Positions 8,917-17,122 of a stretch of DNA of 64,000 nt are shown here, in pieces. The translations under genes and the position numbers were made by a program. The notes under the pieces were generated by a model. That model worked only from the letters and a program-made list of their open reading frames with translations, searched no databases and was not told where the DNA came from. Each line of letters opens with the position of its first letter. Position 1 is the stretch's first letter. Source of the stretch: Alkalispirochaeta sp. (GTDB lineage Bacteria; Spirochaetota; Spirochaetia; DSM-27196; Alkalispirochaetaceae); assembly GCA_965601925.1 (NCBI GenBank), contig OZ271854.1, positions 2,944,001 to 3,008,000 of the forward strand, given 5' to 3'.

Positions 8917-9894
8917 CTACGGATATTCGACGCCGATTTGACGACGGATCTCGTCCATCGTTTCCATGATTTCGATCGACTCGTCCAGCGGCATGGTCGG
9001 GCTTTCCGGGACACCTTCGCCGATGCACCGTTCGACCTCATACGCTTGATACTGCATGCCGCGTCCTTCGATCGGTTCGCGGTATCGCTCCACGGCCGCT
9101 CCCGACCGATCGTAGCGCGTGAAACTCGTGTGAGTGTACCAGACCGCGTCGATATCGATTCGCCCCTCGGTTCCCACGATTGATGCGACGTTCGGTCCCG
9201 GTGTGAGAAAGCCCGTGTTCAACGAAGCGTGCGCTCCCGATTCATACTCCAGGATGATTGAGGTCAACTCGTCCACTCCGAGATCGGTGAGCGTCCCGCG
9301 CGCGGTGATCGTCGCAGGCGTCCCGAAGATGCGAGACGCGAAGGAGAGGGGGTAGATTCCCAGATCGAGAAGCGCGCCGCCGCCTAATGCCGGCTCGTGG
9401 AGGCGTACGGCGCGAGAGCGCGGGATGAACTGATTGTGGTCGGCCAAGAGCACACGAGGCGTTCCGATCGCGCCGCTGCCGATGCACTCCATGACGCGCA
9501 CCATACTCGGCAGAAAGCGCGTCCACATCGCCTCCATAACGAAGACGCCCTTAGCGCGCGCCGCCTGGGCGACACGACGCGCCTGCACCGCGTCGAGCGC
9601 GAACGGCTTCTCTACCAAAACGTGTTTTCCCGCCTCGATCGCCACAAGGGCGTTGTCGGCATGCATCGGGTGGGGCGTCGCAACGTATACGATGTCGACT
9701 GCGGGGTCGGCCGCCAGCGCCTCGTAGCTGCCGTGGCGCCGCGCGATCTCGAAACGATCGCCGAACTCCTCGGCCGCCTTCGCCGTGCGCGACCCCACCG
9801 CGGCGACCGAGAGGCCCGCCGTAATCAGATCTCGCGTCTGCAGCGCCGCGATACCGCCGGTACCGATAATCCCCCAGCCGTAGGCTTTGTTCAT
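8917..9894 (-). CDS. Gfo/Idh/MocA-family oxidoreductase
   Basis: WGIIGTGGIA, VYVATPHPMH, HVLVEKP, MEAMWTRF, GGGALLDLGIY. Confidence 0.95.
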   Translation of the reverse strand: MNKAYGWGIIGTGGIAALQTRDLITAGLSVAAVGSRTAKAAEEFGDRFEIARRHGSYEALAADPAVDIVYVATPHPMHADNALVAIEAGKHVLVEKPFALDAVQARRVAQAARAKGVFVMEAMWTRFLPSMVRVMECIGSGAIGTPRVLLADHNQFIPRSRAVRLHEPALGGGALLDLGIYPLSFASRIFGTPATITARGTLTDLGVDELTSIILEYESGAHASLNTGFLTPGPNVASIVGTEGRIDIDAVWYTHTSFTRYDRSGAAVERYREPIEGRGMQYQAYEVERCIGEGVPESPTMPLDESIEIMETMDEIRRQIGVEYP

Positions 9895-10078
9895 TGCGTT
9901 GCGATCCTCTCGATTGATTCGCCGATATCGTTCGGACCGGAGCCGTCCAACCGGCGCGCGTTCACTCACGCTTCGTATTCGTTCGATCTATGATATGGTC
10001 CAAGGGATCCGTCGCGCAACAGCGCAGCGTGTCGACCTTGTTTGATCGATGGTACCGTCACAGTTCGGGGTGCACCGC

Positions 10079-10861
10079 TCACACGTCGTCAATCGGCGGC
10101 TCGCCGTCGAGCCAGTTCAATTCGCTATCGGCGACAAATCGGTTGCCCCAGTCGAATCCGGAACGTTCGACTCCCGCGAAGGAGAGAATCGTATCGCAGT
10201 ACGACGCTACATCATCGATCGTATCGACACGAAGCAGCCGTCCTATATCCTCGATGAGCGACTGAGGCTTGTTTGCGACTCCGTCGAGAACTGTAAGGAG
10301 CCACTTGTGGTACGGGTAGAAAGTCTCATTGAGCACCAAGATAATGCGTGCTCCGAACAAGATCACCTTCCCTATCGAGAGGCCGGCCAGATACCGATTG
10401 TCATGTCGCTTTGCCTCGCCGTAGTACCATTCCCACGCCAGCAGCTGAGCGGTAAAGCGGTGGACTCTCTCAACCTTCTCTCGTACCGGATAGCGTGTGA
10501 TGTCGGTGATGAGTATCTCTATGTCGGGAATCGTCGAATACAGCACTACGGCGTCCTGAAAAGCAAACCGTGCGGGATCGCTTCCGCGTTCGGCGACCGA
10601 TTCGAGAAACTCGCGATCGACGAACTTGCCGTCGACGTATCCTTCGTATGTGCAGATGTCCCGGTTGAAGTAGTTAAGGTCACGTCGCTTCTTGCGCTGT
10701 TGGTACGAGACGGCGTCGATGAGGATCAAAACGTCTACGTCCGAATCGATACGCGCAAACCCGTGCGCGAGCGACCCACCGAGTAGCACCGCCCGAACGG
10801 TTGTGTCTTTTTTCAATACCGCTACGACGCGCTCGATGGTTTCCTTGTGGTGCGTGTACAT
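10079..10861 (-). CDS. Nucleotidyltransferase-domain protein (Pol-beta superfamily)
   Basis: GGSLAHG..DSDVD motif, helical C-domain with YPYHKWL. Confidence 0.85.
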   Translation of the reverse strand: MYTHHKETIERVVAVLKKDTTVRAVLLGGSLAHGFARIDSDVDVLILIDAVSYQQRKKRRDLNYFNRDICTYEGYVDGKFVDREFLESVAERGSDPARFAFQDAVVLYSTIPDIEILITDITRYPVREKVERVHRFTAQLLAWEWYYGEAKRHDNRYLAGLSIGKVILFGARIILVLNETFYPYHKWLLTVLDGVANKPQSLIEDIGRLLRVDTIDDVASYCDTILSFAGVERSGFDWGNRFVADSELNWLDGEPPIDDV

Positions 10862-10975
10862 ATAGTCCTTTCGCGGATATCGAAGATTCAAATACTGTAC
10901 TACGCCGCCGCTCGCACGTCACACGACGGTTTGACGCGCCCTCCGTACCGGCTGCTGACGTCCACGAAGTCGTAC

Positions 10976-11977
10976 TTACGGCATTGCGTCCGCCGCCACG
11001 CGGAACCCCATGTTCCCCGTACTCGAGTCGGGGGTGTTGGAGCTGCGGGCGGCGACGCGGTAGCGGTTGCAGTAGCTGTCATGGCAGAGGTAACTGCCGC
11101 CTCGCGTGACACGAGCCGAGCCGTCCGGAGGGCCGACCGGATTCATGCGCGTCTCGCGCCGTTTCTCGCGGTGCCACGTCGGTGAAAACCAGTCGGCGCA
11201 CCACTCCCATACGTTGCCGGCCACACAGTAGAGGCCGAGGCCGTTGGGCTTGTAGCTGTCCACCGGCGCCGTACCCGCCCAGCCGTCGGCTTCGGTGTTG
11301 CGGTCGGGGAACGTCCCCTGCCATATGTTGGCCATGTGGCGACCGCCGGGTGTCAGCTCGTCGCCCCACGCGTAGCGACGCTGCTCGAGTCCGCCTCGGG
11401 CGGCGTATTCCCACTCCGCCTCGGTCGGCAAGCGGACACCGGCCCAGGCGCAATACGCCGTTGCGTCGCGATGGCTGACGTGCACGACCGGATGATTTTG
11501 CCGCGCTTTGATGTCGCTCCCGCGCCCTTCGGGACGCTTCCACGAGGCGCGGTCAACGCCCAGCCACCACGTGAGGCCCGGTAGTTCCCGAACCTCGCCG
11601 CGCTTGCGCGCGAGTTTACTCACAAAGAGATGAAAGACGTAGCTCCATCCGTACCGTTCCGCCTCCGTCACGTACCCGGTCGCCTCGACAAAGGCGGAGA
11701 AGTCACGATTGGATATCGTGTAGCGATCGATGCGAAACGGCGCGATCGTTACGGCACGGGGTGGTCCCTCGCCGTCGGCGGGAAAGCCCTCCTCGGAATC
11801 GGTTCCCATCACGAACGTTCCCTCCGCGAGGTCGATGAGGCGCTCATGAACGGGTCGCGCGCCGTCGGGGACGGCGCGGTCACCGGACCGGTTTGGAGAC
11901 GCGGCCGAGCGAGTCGCCGCGTGCGAGTCGCCGCGTTGCGGTGTGCAACAGCTGCCGCCTGAGTCGTTGTCGCCCAT
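10976..11977 (-). CDS. Formylglycine-generating enzyme (SUMF1/FGE)
   Basis: FVMG, HPVVHVS, RLPTEAEWEYAARGG, GNVWEWCAD, RGGSYLCHDSYCNRYRVAAR (catalytic Cys pair), GFR. Confidence 0.95.
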   Translation of the reverse strand: MGDNDSGGSCCTPQRGDSHAATRSAASPNRSGDRAVPDGARPVHERLIDLAEGTFVMGTDSEEGFPADGEGPPRAVTIAPFRIDRYTISNRDFSAFVEATGYVTEAERYGWSYVFHLFVSKLARKRGEVRELPGLTWWLGVDRASWKRPEGRGSDIKARQNHPVVHVSHRDATAYCAWAGVRLPTEAEWEYAARGGLEQRRYAWGDELTPGGRHMANIWQGTFPDRNTEADGWAGTAPVDSYKPNGLGLYCVAGNVWEWCADWFSPTWHREKRRETRMNPVGPPDGSARVTRGGSYLCHDSYCNRYRVAARSSNTPDSSTGNMGFRVAADAMP

Positions 11978-12152
11978 TCAAACCCTCCCCGATACGTCGG
12001 TGTCGCAGCCGGCTCGCATCGCCGACATCGCGGTATCGTCGCCGCAGCGACACCTACCCTTCAATATACTATCCTCGATGTGCCGGCGCGCTGCGGCAGT
12101 ATTGTCGGTTGAGGCGCGGATGTACGACCTTTACGGCGTAGGAGGGCATACC

Positions 12153-12866
12153 ATGGACACGGCCGACCAATTATCGATTCCATCTATTGAAGGGGCACGA
12201 TCGTTTTCGTTTTTTTTCGAGGGGCAGTTTCAACACGCTCTCTTTGCGATCGCGCTCGGCGCGGGCGCGCTCGTTATCGCCCAACCGGCGATCGACGGGA
12301 GCCTCTGGCTCGGTCGATCGGATCAGACGTGGTTCATGTGGGGTCTCGCAGTCGCCCTCGTACACCAGATCGCGGCGTGGTTTCTATTGCGGGTACAGGT
12401 CCGGTTTCGACTGCTGACGCGCCTATTCAGGCGGGCCGATCTGGCGGTCTGGGGCCTCATTCACATTACGTTTCTGGTGCTGCGACTCGCAGCGACGATC
12501 GGCGTAGCGGCGGCGGACTCGGGCTCTATGGCGCTATCTCTTCCCGCCACCGCCGGGATAGGGGCGCTCTTTTTGGTGCTCGGTCTGTGGGGCACGTGGT
12601 CGGCGGTCAGACACGCCGCCGATAGGATCGTCACGGCCGGGCACTTTCGAGAACGGTACCGTAATGTGGACGTACCGGCAAAAGGCGCGTACCGGCTCTC
12701 CCGACAGCCCTTCTACACGTACGGATGTCTCCTTTTTTGGGGAGTCGCCGTCGTTGGAGGCTCGCGGATCGCGTTGGCGGTAGCGCTCTTTCAGTACACC
12801 TACATATGGGTGTACCACTACTGTATCGAGGCGCCGAATGAGCGTGTGTTGGCAGCACAGCAATGA
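12153..12866 (+). CDS. PEMT/isoprenylcysteine methyltransferase-like membrane protein
   Basis: Multi-TM, GAYRLSRQPFY, HY..IEAP. Confidence 0.7.
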   Translation: MDTADQLSIPSIEGARSFSFFFEGQFQHALFAIALGAGALVIAQPAIDGSLWLGRSDQTWFMWGLAVALVHQIAAWFLLRVQVRFRLLTRLFRRADLAVWGLIHITFLVLRLAATIGVAAADSGSMALSLPATAGIGALFLVLGLWGTWSAVRHAADRIVTAGHFRERYRNVDVPAKGAYRLSRQPFYTYGCLLFWGVAVVGGSRIALAVALFQYTYIWVYHYCIEAPNERVLAAQQ

Positions 12867-12894
12867 CGAGAGCTTCCGCGCGTAGGCGTGCGCG

Positions 12895-13266
12895 CTACAT
12901 GAAGGCGAGCGCGGCGATGAGAAAGACGACGAGTTGCAAGAGGGTCATTACCGCGTAGGGCGCATCGCCACGCGTTATGTAGGCGAGCGCGAGCGCCGTG
13001 TACCCGATGAAGGAGATGGCCACGAAGAGCGCCACACCGATGGAGGCGAGGACCGTCGGTTCGTCGATAAAAGACCCCTGAGACTCTCCGGGACGCTCGC
13101 GGTCGAACGAGGCGGTGTCTGCCGGTTCGCGCCACGCCGAAAGCTCCTCGCCGACCGCGTCTCCGAGGGATGCCGTCAACAGGATCGTCGGAATCACCGT
13201 AGCGACCGCCGCAACGATGAGCCCGACCGTCAGTACGTACCCGAAGAGTCGCGACGGCGTCGTCAC
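12895..13266 (-). CDS. Small 3-TM membrane protein coupled to the TauE gene
   Basis: GTG start overlaps the TGA of the TauE gene (GTGA). Hydrophobic segments. Confidence 0.65.
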   Translation of the reverse strand: MTTPSRLFGYVLTVGLIVAAVATVIPTILLTASLGDAVGEELSAWREPADTASFDRERPGESQGSFIDEPTVLASIGVALFVAISFIGYTALALAYITRGDAPYAVMTLLQLVVFLIAALAFM

Positions 13267-14201
13267 GAGAGAACTCCGATGAGTGTCTGCACGGCCGCCG
13301 CGGTGAGCACTACGACCACCACGATGCGTACCGATCGGGGACGCGCCCTGCCGAGCAGCCGCGCTCCCAACCGCGTTCCGGCGATCATTCCCACCAGAGC
13401 GGGCACGACGACCAGCGGTCTGATTGCTCCCCGATGCAGATAGACCCACGCCGCCGCACTACTGTTGGCGATAATCACCAGGCCGCTGGTAGCCGCCGCA
13501 AGTTTGATCGGGAGTCCCATCATCGACGAAAGGATCGGTACGTTGGCCCATCCGGCACCGATCCCGAGCATCCCGCCGACGCCTCCGACACCGATAAAGG
13601 TCGTCATGGCCGGAACGATACTCCGGACTCGCCACCGAATCGTCTCATCGGTCGCCGGGTCGCGATAGGCGCCGCGTAGGCTCCATAGCGATGCGATGCG
13701 GTCGGAGAGGCCGCGCCTACCGGAGGGACGCGCGGTCGCGGTCTCGGAATGCGAATCGGTCCTCCCCGACGGAGGCGCTATCACCTGTCGTGCCGTATGT
13801 CCCGCCACGAAGAACATGAAGACCGCGAGCAGACCCAATACGACGTCGGGCGCGATCGAGAGTCCCAACCGGGCGCCGAGGATCGATCCCACCGATCCGC
13901 ACAATGCGAGGGGGATAGAGATGCGCACGTCGGAAAACCCGCGGCGCATGAGCGACGGCGCCGCCGATATCGCGCCTACCAAAGCGACCATGAGCCCGGC
14001 GCCCCGTACATAATCGATGTGAATCGGGAAGATGGCGCTCACCAGCGGCACAAAGAGTACGCCGCCGCCGACGCCCGCCGCGACGGCGACGATCCCGATG
14101 AGAAAGCACGTTGCGGTCAACACCGCCATCGTGAGATAGAGCCCCAACCCCGGCGTACCGTGTAGCGCCGAGACGATAGTGTCGACGATCATCGTGTCCA
14201 A
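13263..14201 (-). CDS. TauE/SafE (TSUP) sulfite exporter family protein
   Basis: Duplicated GxGGG motifs (AGVGGGVLFVP, MLGIGAGWANVP), KLAAATS. Confidence 0.9.
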   Translation of the reverse strand: MDTMIVDTIVSALHGTPGLGLYLTMAVLTATCFLIGIVAVAAGVGGGVLFVPLVSAIFPIHIDYVRGAGLMVALVGAISAAPSLMRRGFSDVRISIPLALCGSVGSILGARLGLSIAPDVVLGLLAVFMFFVAGHTARQVIAPPSGRTDSHSETATARPSGRRGLSDRIASLWSLRGAYRDPATDETIRWRVRSIVPAMTTFIGVGGVGGMLGIGAGWANVPILSSMMGLPIKLAAATSGLVIIANSSAAAWVYLHRGAIRPLVVVPALVGMIAGTRLGARLLGRARPRSVRIVVVVVLTAAAVQTLIGVLS

Positions 14202-14266
14202 CTGCGAAAGGCCGGTGGTGTGCGGAGCATGTCGTCACGATAAGTTGCGGCCCGCCCGCTGTCAAG

Positions 14267-15607
14267 TTAGCCGCGACCGGCAAGGTGACACTTCCCGGCG
14301 GGGCGGCCGGACCCGCAGAAACATTCCCGCCCGGAATCCCAGCGCTCCATGAGCGCCGGCATTGCGGGCGGACGCCCCGTAATCTGCGGTGCGATACTAC
14401 GGGCCAAATTTTCGAATCTCGAAAGGCTGTGTCGATAAAATGATTTCCAGCCCTCGCATAGGGCCGATACGTCGTCGCGAGTCGGCGTCGTGTCGGTCGC
14501 GTAACGCCGCCGGGGGAGGCGTAGCTTGGGACAATCACCACCGCACAACCACAGATACTCGCACGCCGTACACGTCTCGTTCCAGTGCGCCTTTGCGGCG
14601 ACAAAGGCGTGGTGCCGCGGATCTTGTAACGCGTTGAGGAAGGGATTGACCGCCCCCTCTCCGTGCTCGGACGATGCCGGAGCCGGATCGTCGCGGACAT
14701 TTCCGAGCCGCGTCGACGCCTCCACAAAGAAATCGCACGGATAGATATCTCCGGTGTGCTCCACCACGAAGTGTCCGCCGCACCGCCCGGAAGTAGTACA
14801 GACGTTGTATCGCCCGTTAACCAATAATTCCATTATTGAATCGTGGTGGCGAATCGAGACGCGCCGTACATCTTTGGGAAACCAGCGCTCGAGGATCGCC
14901 GTAAGGAAGCGTGCCCACCCCTCACCGGTCACCGAAAACGGAGAGAGACGTAGCGGCGTCTCCGGAGGCTCGTACAGGTCGGCGCCGGATACGTTTTCCC
15001 ATTCGACCAACGGAATGAACTGCATGTGACGAATTTTGAGCGCGCGTAAGTACTCGTATACTTCGACGGCGCGTTCCTGATTATGACGGCCCACCACCGT
15101 GAGGGCGTTGAAGGCGACCTTCTCTTCCCGGAGCATGCGTGCGGTAGCCTCTACGTACCGGTGAGTGCCGGCCGACGGCCCGTCGCGGTCCGCCCACACG
15201 CGATAGCGGTCGTGAATGTGACGCGACCCGTCGATGCTGAGGCCGACAAGCACGTCGTGTTCCCGCAACGTCTGCGCCCATTCGGCGCTTAGTAGCGTCC
15301 CGTTGGTTTGCAGTCCGTTGGATATGCGCGCGCCCGGCGGTGCAAGGCGGCGCTGCATCGCGAACACCTCGCGGAAAAAATCGAGCCCCATGAGCGTGGG
15401 CTCGCCGCCCTGCCACCCGAAGGCGTATACCTCCTGCGGCGTCGCGAAGTAAGCGCGGAGCATCGCCTCCACGGTGTGGAGGGACATGCGCGAGCGCTCG
15501 TCGCCGGGATACAACGACGCCTTGGGGAGGTAGAAACAGTAGTCGCAGCGCATGTTGCAGTCCGCGCCGGCCGGTTTGACCAAGAGTGAAAAGGGTGTAG
15601 CGCTCAT
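14267..15607 (-). CDS. Anaerobic sulfatase-maturating radical SAM/SPASM enzyme with C-terminal SEC-C motif
   Basis: KPAGADCNMRCDYCFY, WQGGEPTL, QTNG, SIDG, SPASM cysteines (YPCD, CxxC..CGGDC), CFCGSGRPAGKCH. Confidence 0.93.
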   Translation of the reverse strand: MSATPFSLLVKPAGADCNMRCDYCFYLPKASLYPGDERSRMSLHTVEAMLRAYFATPQEVYAFGWQGGEPTLMGLDFFREVFAMQRRLAPPGARISNGLQTNGTLLSAEWAQTLREHDVLVGLSIDGSRHIHDRYRVWADRDGPSAGTHRYVEATARMLREEKVAFNALTVVGRHNQERAVEVYEYLRALKIRHMQFIPLVEWENVSGADLYEPPETPLRLSPFSVTGEGWARFLTAILERWFPKDVRRVSIRHHDSIMELLVNGRYNVCTTSGRCGGHFVVEHTGDIYPCDFFVEASTRLGNVRDDPAPASSEHGEGAVNPFLNALQDPRHHAFVAAKAHWNETCTACEYLWLCGGDCPKLRLPRRRYATDTTPTRDDVSALCEGWKSFYRHSLSRFENLARSIAPQITGRPPAMPALMERWDSGRECFCGSGRPAGKCHLAGRG

Positions 15608-15738
15608 AACGGTACCGACGAAACCATAGCATAGCGCTCCCAGGATCGCCACGGTACCGGCGTCCCATGTCCGGCGGGCCGCTTGCCGGACGTCCGACAT
15701 AGAGGCTACGTTTGGTGAAAAGAGCGAGGGAGGTCGCC

Positions 15739-16041
15739 ATGATTGCACACGTCGTTTGTTGGAAGCTGAAGGATAGTGCCCTCGGCAAAGATGCCGGTAC
15801 AAATCGCGCCGAGATGGAGGCGCAGTTGAAGGCGCTTCTCGGAGTCGTTCCCCAACTCCGCCGTCTGGACGTATCGACGACTATCGTAAACACGACCGGA
15901 GACTTCGATGTCGTCCTCTACACCGAGTTCGACGATGTGGCGGCACTGGACGCCTACCGGGTACATCCCGACCACCAAAAGGTTGCCGAATTTATCGGCG
16001 CGGTGACCGAGTCGCGCTTTGCGGTGGACTACGAGGTATAG
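15739..16041 (+). CDS. Dabb-family (stress-responsive A/B barrel) protein
   Basis: MIAHVVCWKLK, YRVHPDH, AVDY. GGAGG SD. Confidence 0.9.
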   Translation: MIAHVVCWKLKDSALGKDAGTNRAEMEAQLKALLGVVPQLRRLDVSTTIVNTTGDFDVVLYTEFDDVAALDAYRVHPDHQKVAEFIGAVTESRFAVDYEV

Positions 16042-16079
16042 TACCTCGGGCGCGTCTCCCCGACGACTCAGCACGGGGA

Positions 16080-16391
16080 GTGAGCGGCGGTGCGTTTGTC
16101 GTCGACCGCCGCCGCGATGTGCCGGTACAACGACTCGACCAACAGAGACCGGGCCGGCTCGGCGCGTTTACACGCAGGATGGCGGATGAGGGGGTGAGCA
16201 TTGCGGTGCTTTACAGCGACCACGCCAACCCGTTGATCCTGGTGGTCGACGATATCGAGGTGGGACGTCGCGTTTCCGAGGAGTGGAGGCGCGCGCGCGT
16301 AGGGGCGCCTCGTGTGCGCACCGTTCGATCGGCGATCGATCGGTGTGGTGCGATCCGTTACGTCCCGTCCCTGAGGATACGCTCCCAATAG
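16080..16391 (+). pseudogene. Truncated ACT-domain protein remnant
   Basis: RPGRLG..RRMADEGVSIAVLYSDH..LILVVDD is ACT-like. The N-terminal half appears missing (GGAFVV joins directly to VQRL). The 3' end overlaps the convergent GNAT. Confidence 0.5.
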
Positions 16392-16852
16392 CCTACGTCG
16401 ATCCAGCGGTCGAACTTACGGCCCACCTCGTGAAAGTGGGCCACTTTGTGAAAGCCGAACTTCTCGTGCAGCGCTACGCTCGCGTCGTTGGGAAGCGCAA
16501 TCCCACCGATGACGCTGTGGACGGGACGGGCTTGGAGTCGTGTGATAAGCTCGCCGTATAGGGAGCTTCCGGCGCCGCGCCCCGTCGCCTCCGGAGCTAT
16601 ATAGACGGTGCTTTCGACCGAGAACCGATACGCCGAGCGGCTTCGCCACGCCGTTGCATACGCGTAGCCGACCAGCTCACCGTCTTCCTCGGCTACGATC
16701 CATGGGAATGCGGTGGCTACCTCACGAATACGCCTACGCATCTCCTCCGTAGGGACGGCGTGCTCCTCGAAGGTGACCGCGGTGTGCTCTACGTAGTGGT
16801 TATAGATGCGGGAGACGGCGTGCGCATCCCGCTCCCTCGCGTCACGAATCAT
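16358..16852 (-). CDS. GNAT N-acetyltransferase, Pat/YncA/ArsN1-like
   Basis: IYNHYV..TAVTFE, GYAYA, RSAY, PNDASVALHEKFGF, VGRKFDRWIDV. Confidence 0.9.
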   Translation of the reverse strand: MIRDARERDAHAVSRIYNHYVEHTAVTFEEHAVPTEEMRRRIREVATAFPWIVAEEDGELVGYAYATAWRSRSAYRFSVESTVYIAPEATGRGAGSSLYGELITRLQARPVHSVIGGIALPNDASVALHEKFGFHKVAHFHEVGRKFDRWIDVGYWERILRDGT

Positions 16853-16960
16853 GCTTCCTCTCTACCTCCAAACGGCACGCCACCGACATCGATACCATCG
16901 TTCACGGAAAAACACAACACGCTTCGATTGGCGGCGCCGCGGTCCTCGATGCGGCCTCAT

Positions 16961-16989
16961 TTGACCTTCGCGTCGCGGAGGCGTAGTGT
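16961..16989 (+). promoter_or_regulatory. Sigma70-type promoter of the ankyrin gene
   Basis: TTGACC (16961-66), N17, TAGTGT (16984-89). Confidence 0.65.
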
Positions 16990-16995
16990 ATAGGC

Positions 16996-17122
16996 GGCGT
17001 ATCGAGACGCCTCCGGGTCCGCGGGAAGGGCCGAGCCCACTCGACGACCGACGGCACCGGTATCGCGCAAACCTTTATGCAGCCCGATTGCGGACCGCGG
17101 GCGACGAGCATGGAGGTATGCT
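16996..17122 (+). ncRNA. Candidate structured 5' leader (cis-regulatory RNA)
   Basis: Nested helices GGTCCGC/GCGGACC and CCTCC/GGAGG (the SD), plus competing hairpin GGCGT/ACGCC. Confidence 0.4.

Noticed and set aside
14267..15607. RiPP maturase interpretation of the radical SAM/SPASM gene
   Set aside because: Motifs and context fit a sulfatase maturase, and no precursor peptide was seen.
15608..15802. N-terminal extension of the radical SAM ORF
   Set aside because: Overlaps the divergent Dabb gene. Family similarity begins at MSATPFSLLVKP.
5920..16852. Arsenic-resistance cluster (ArsC-like plus ArsN1-like)
   Set aside because: The genes are 10 kb apart, there is no arsR/arsB/acr3, and the ArsC-like protein lacks a clear canonical catalytic motif.
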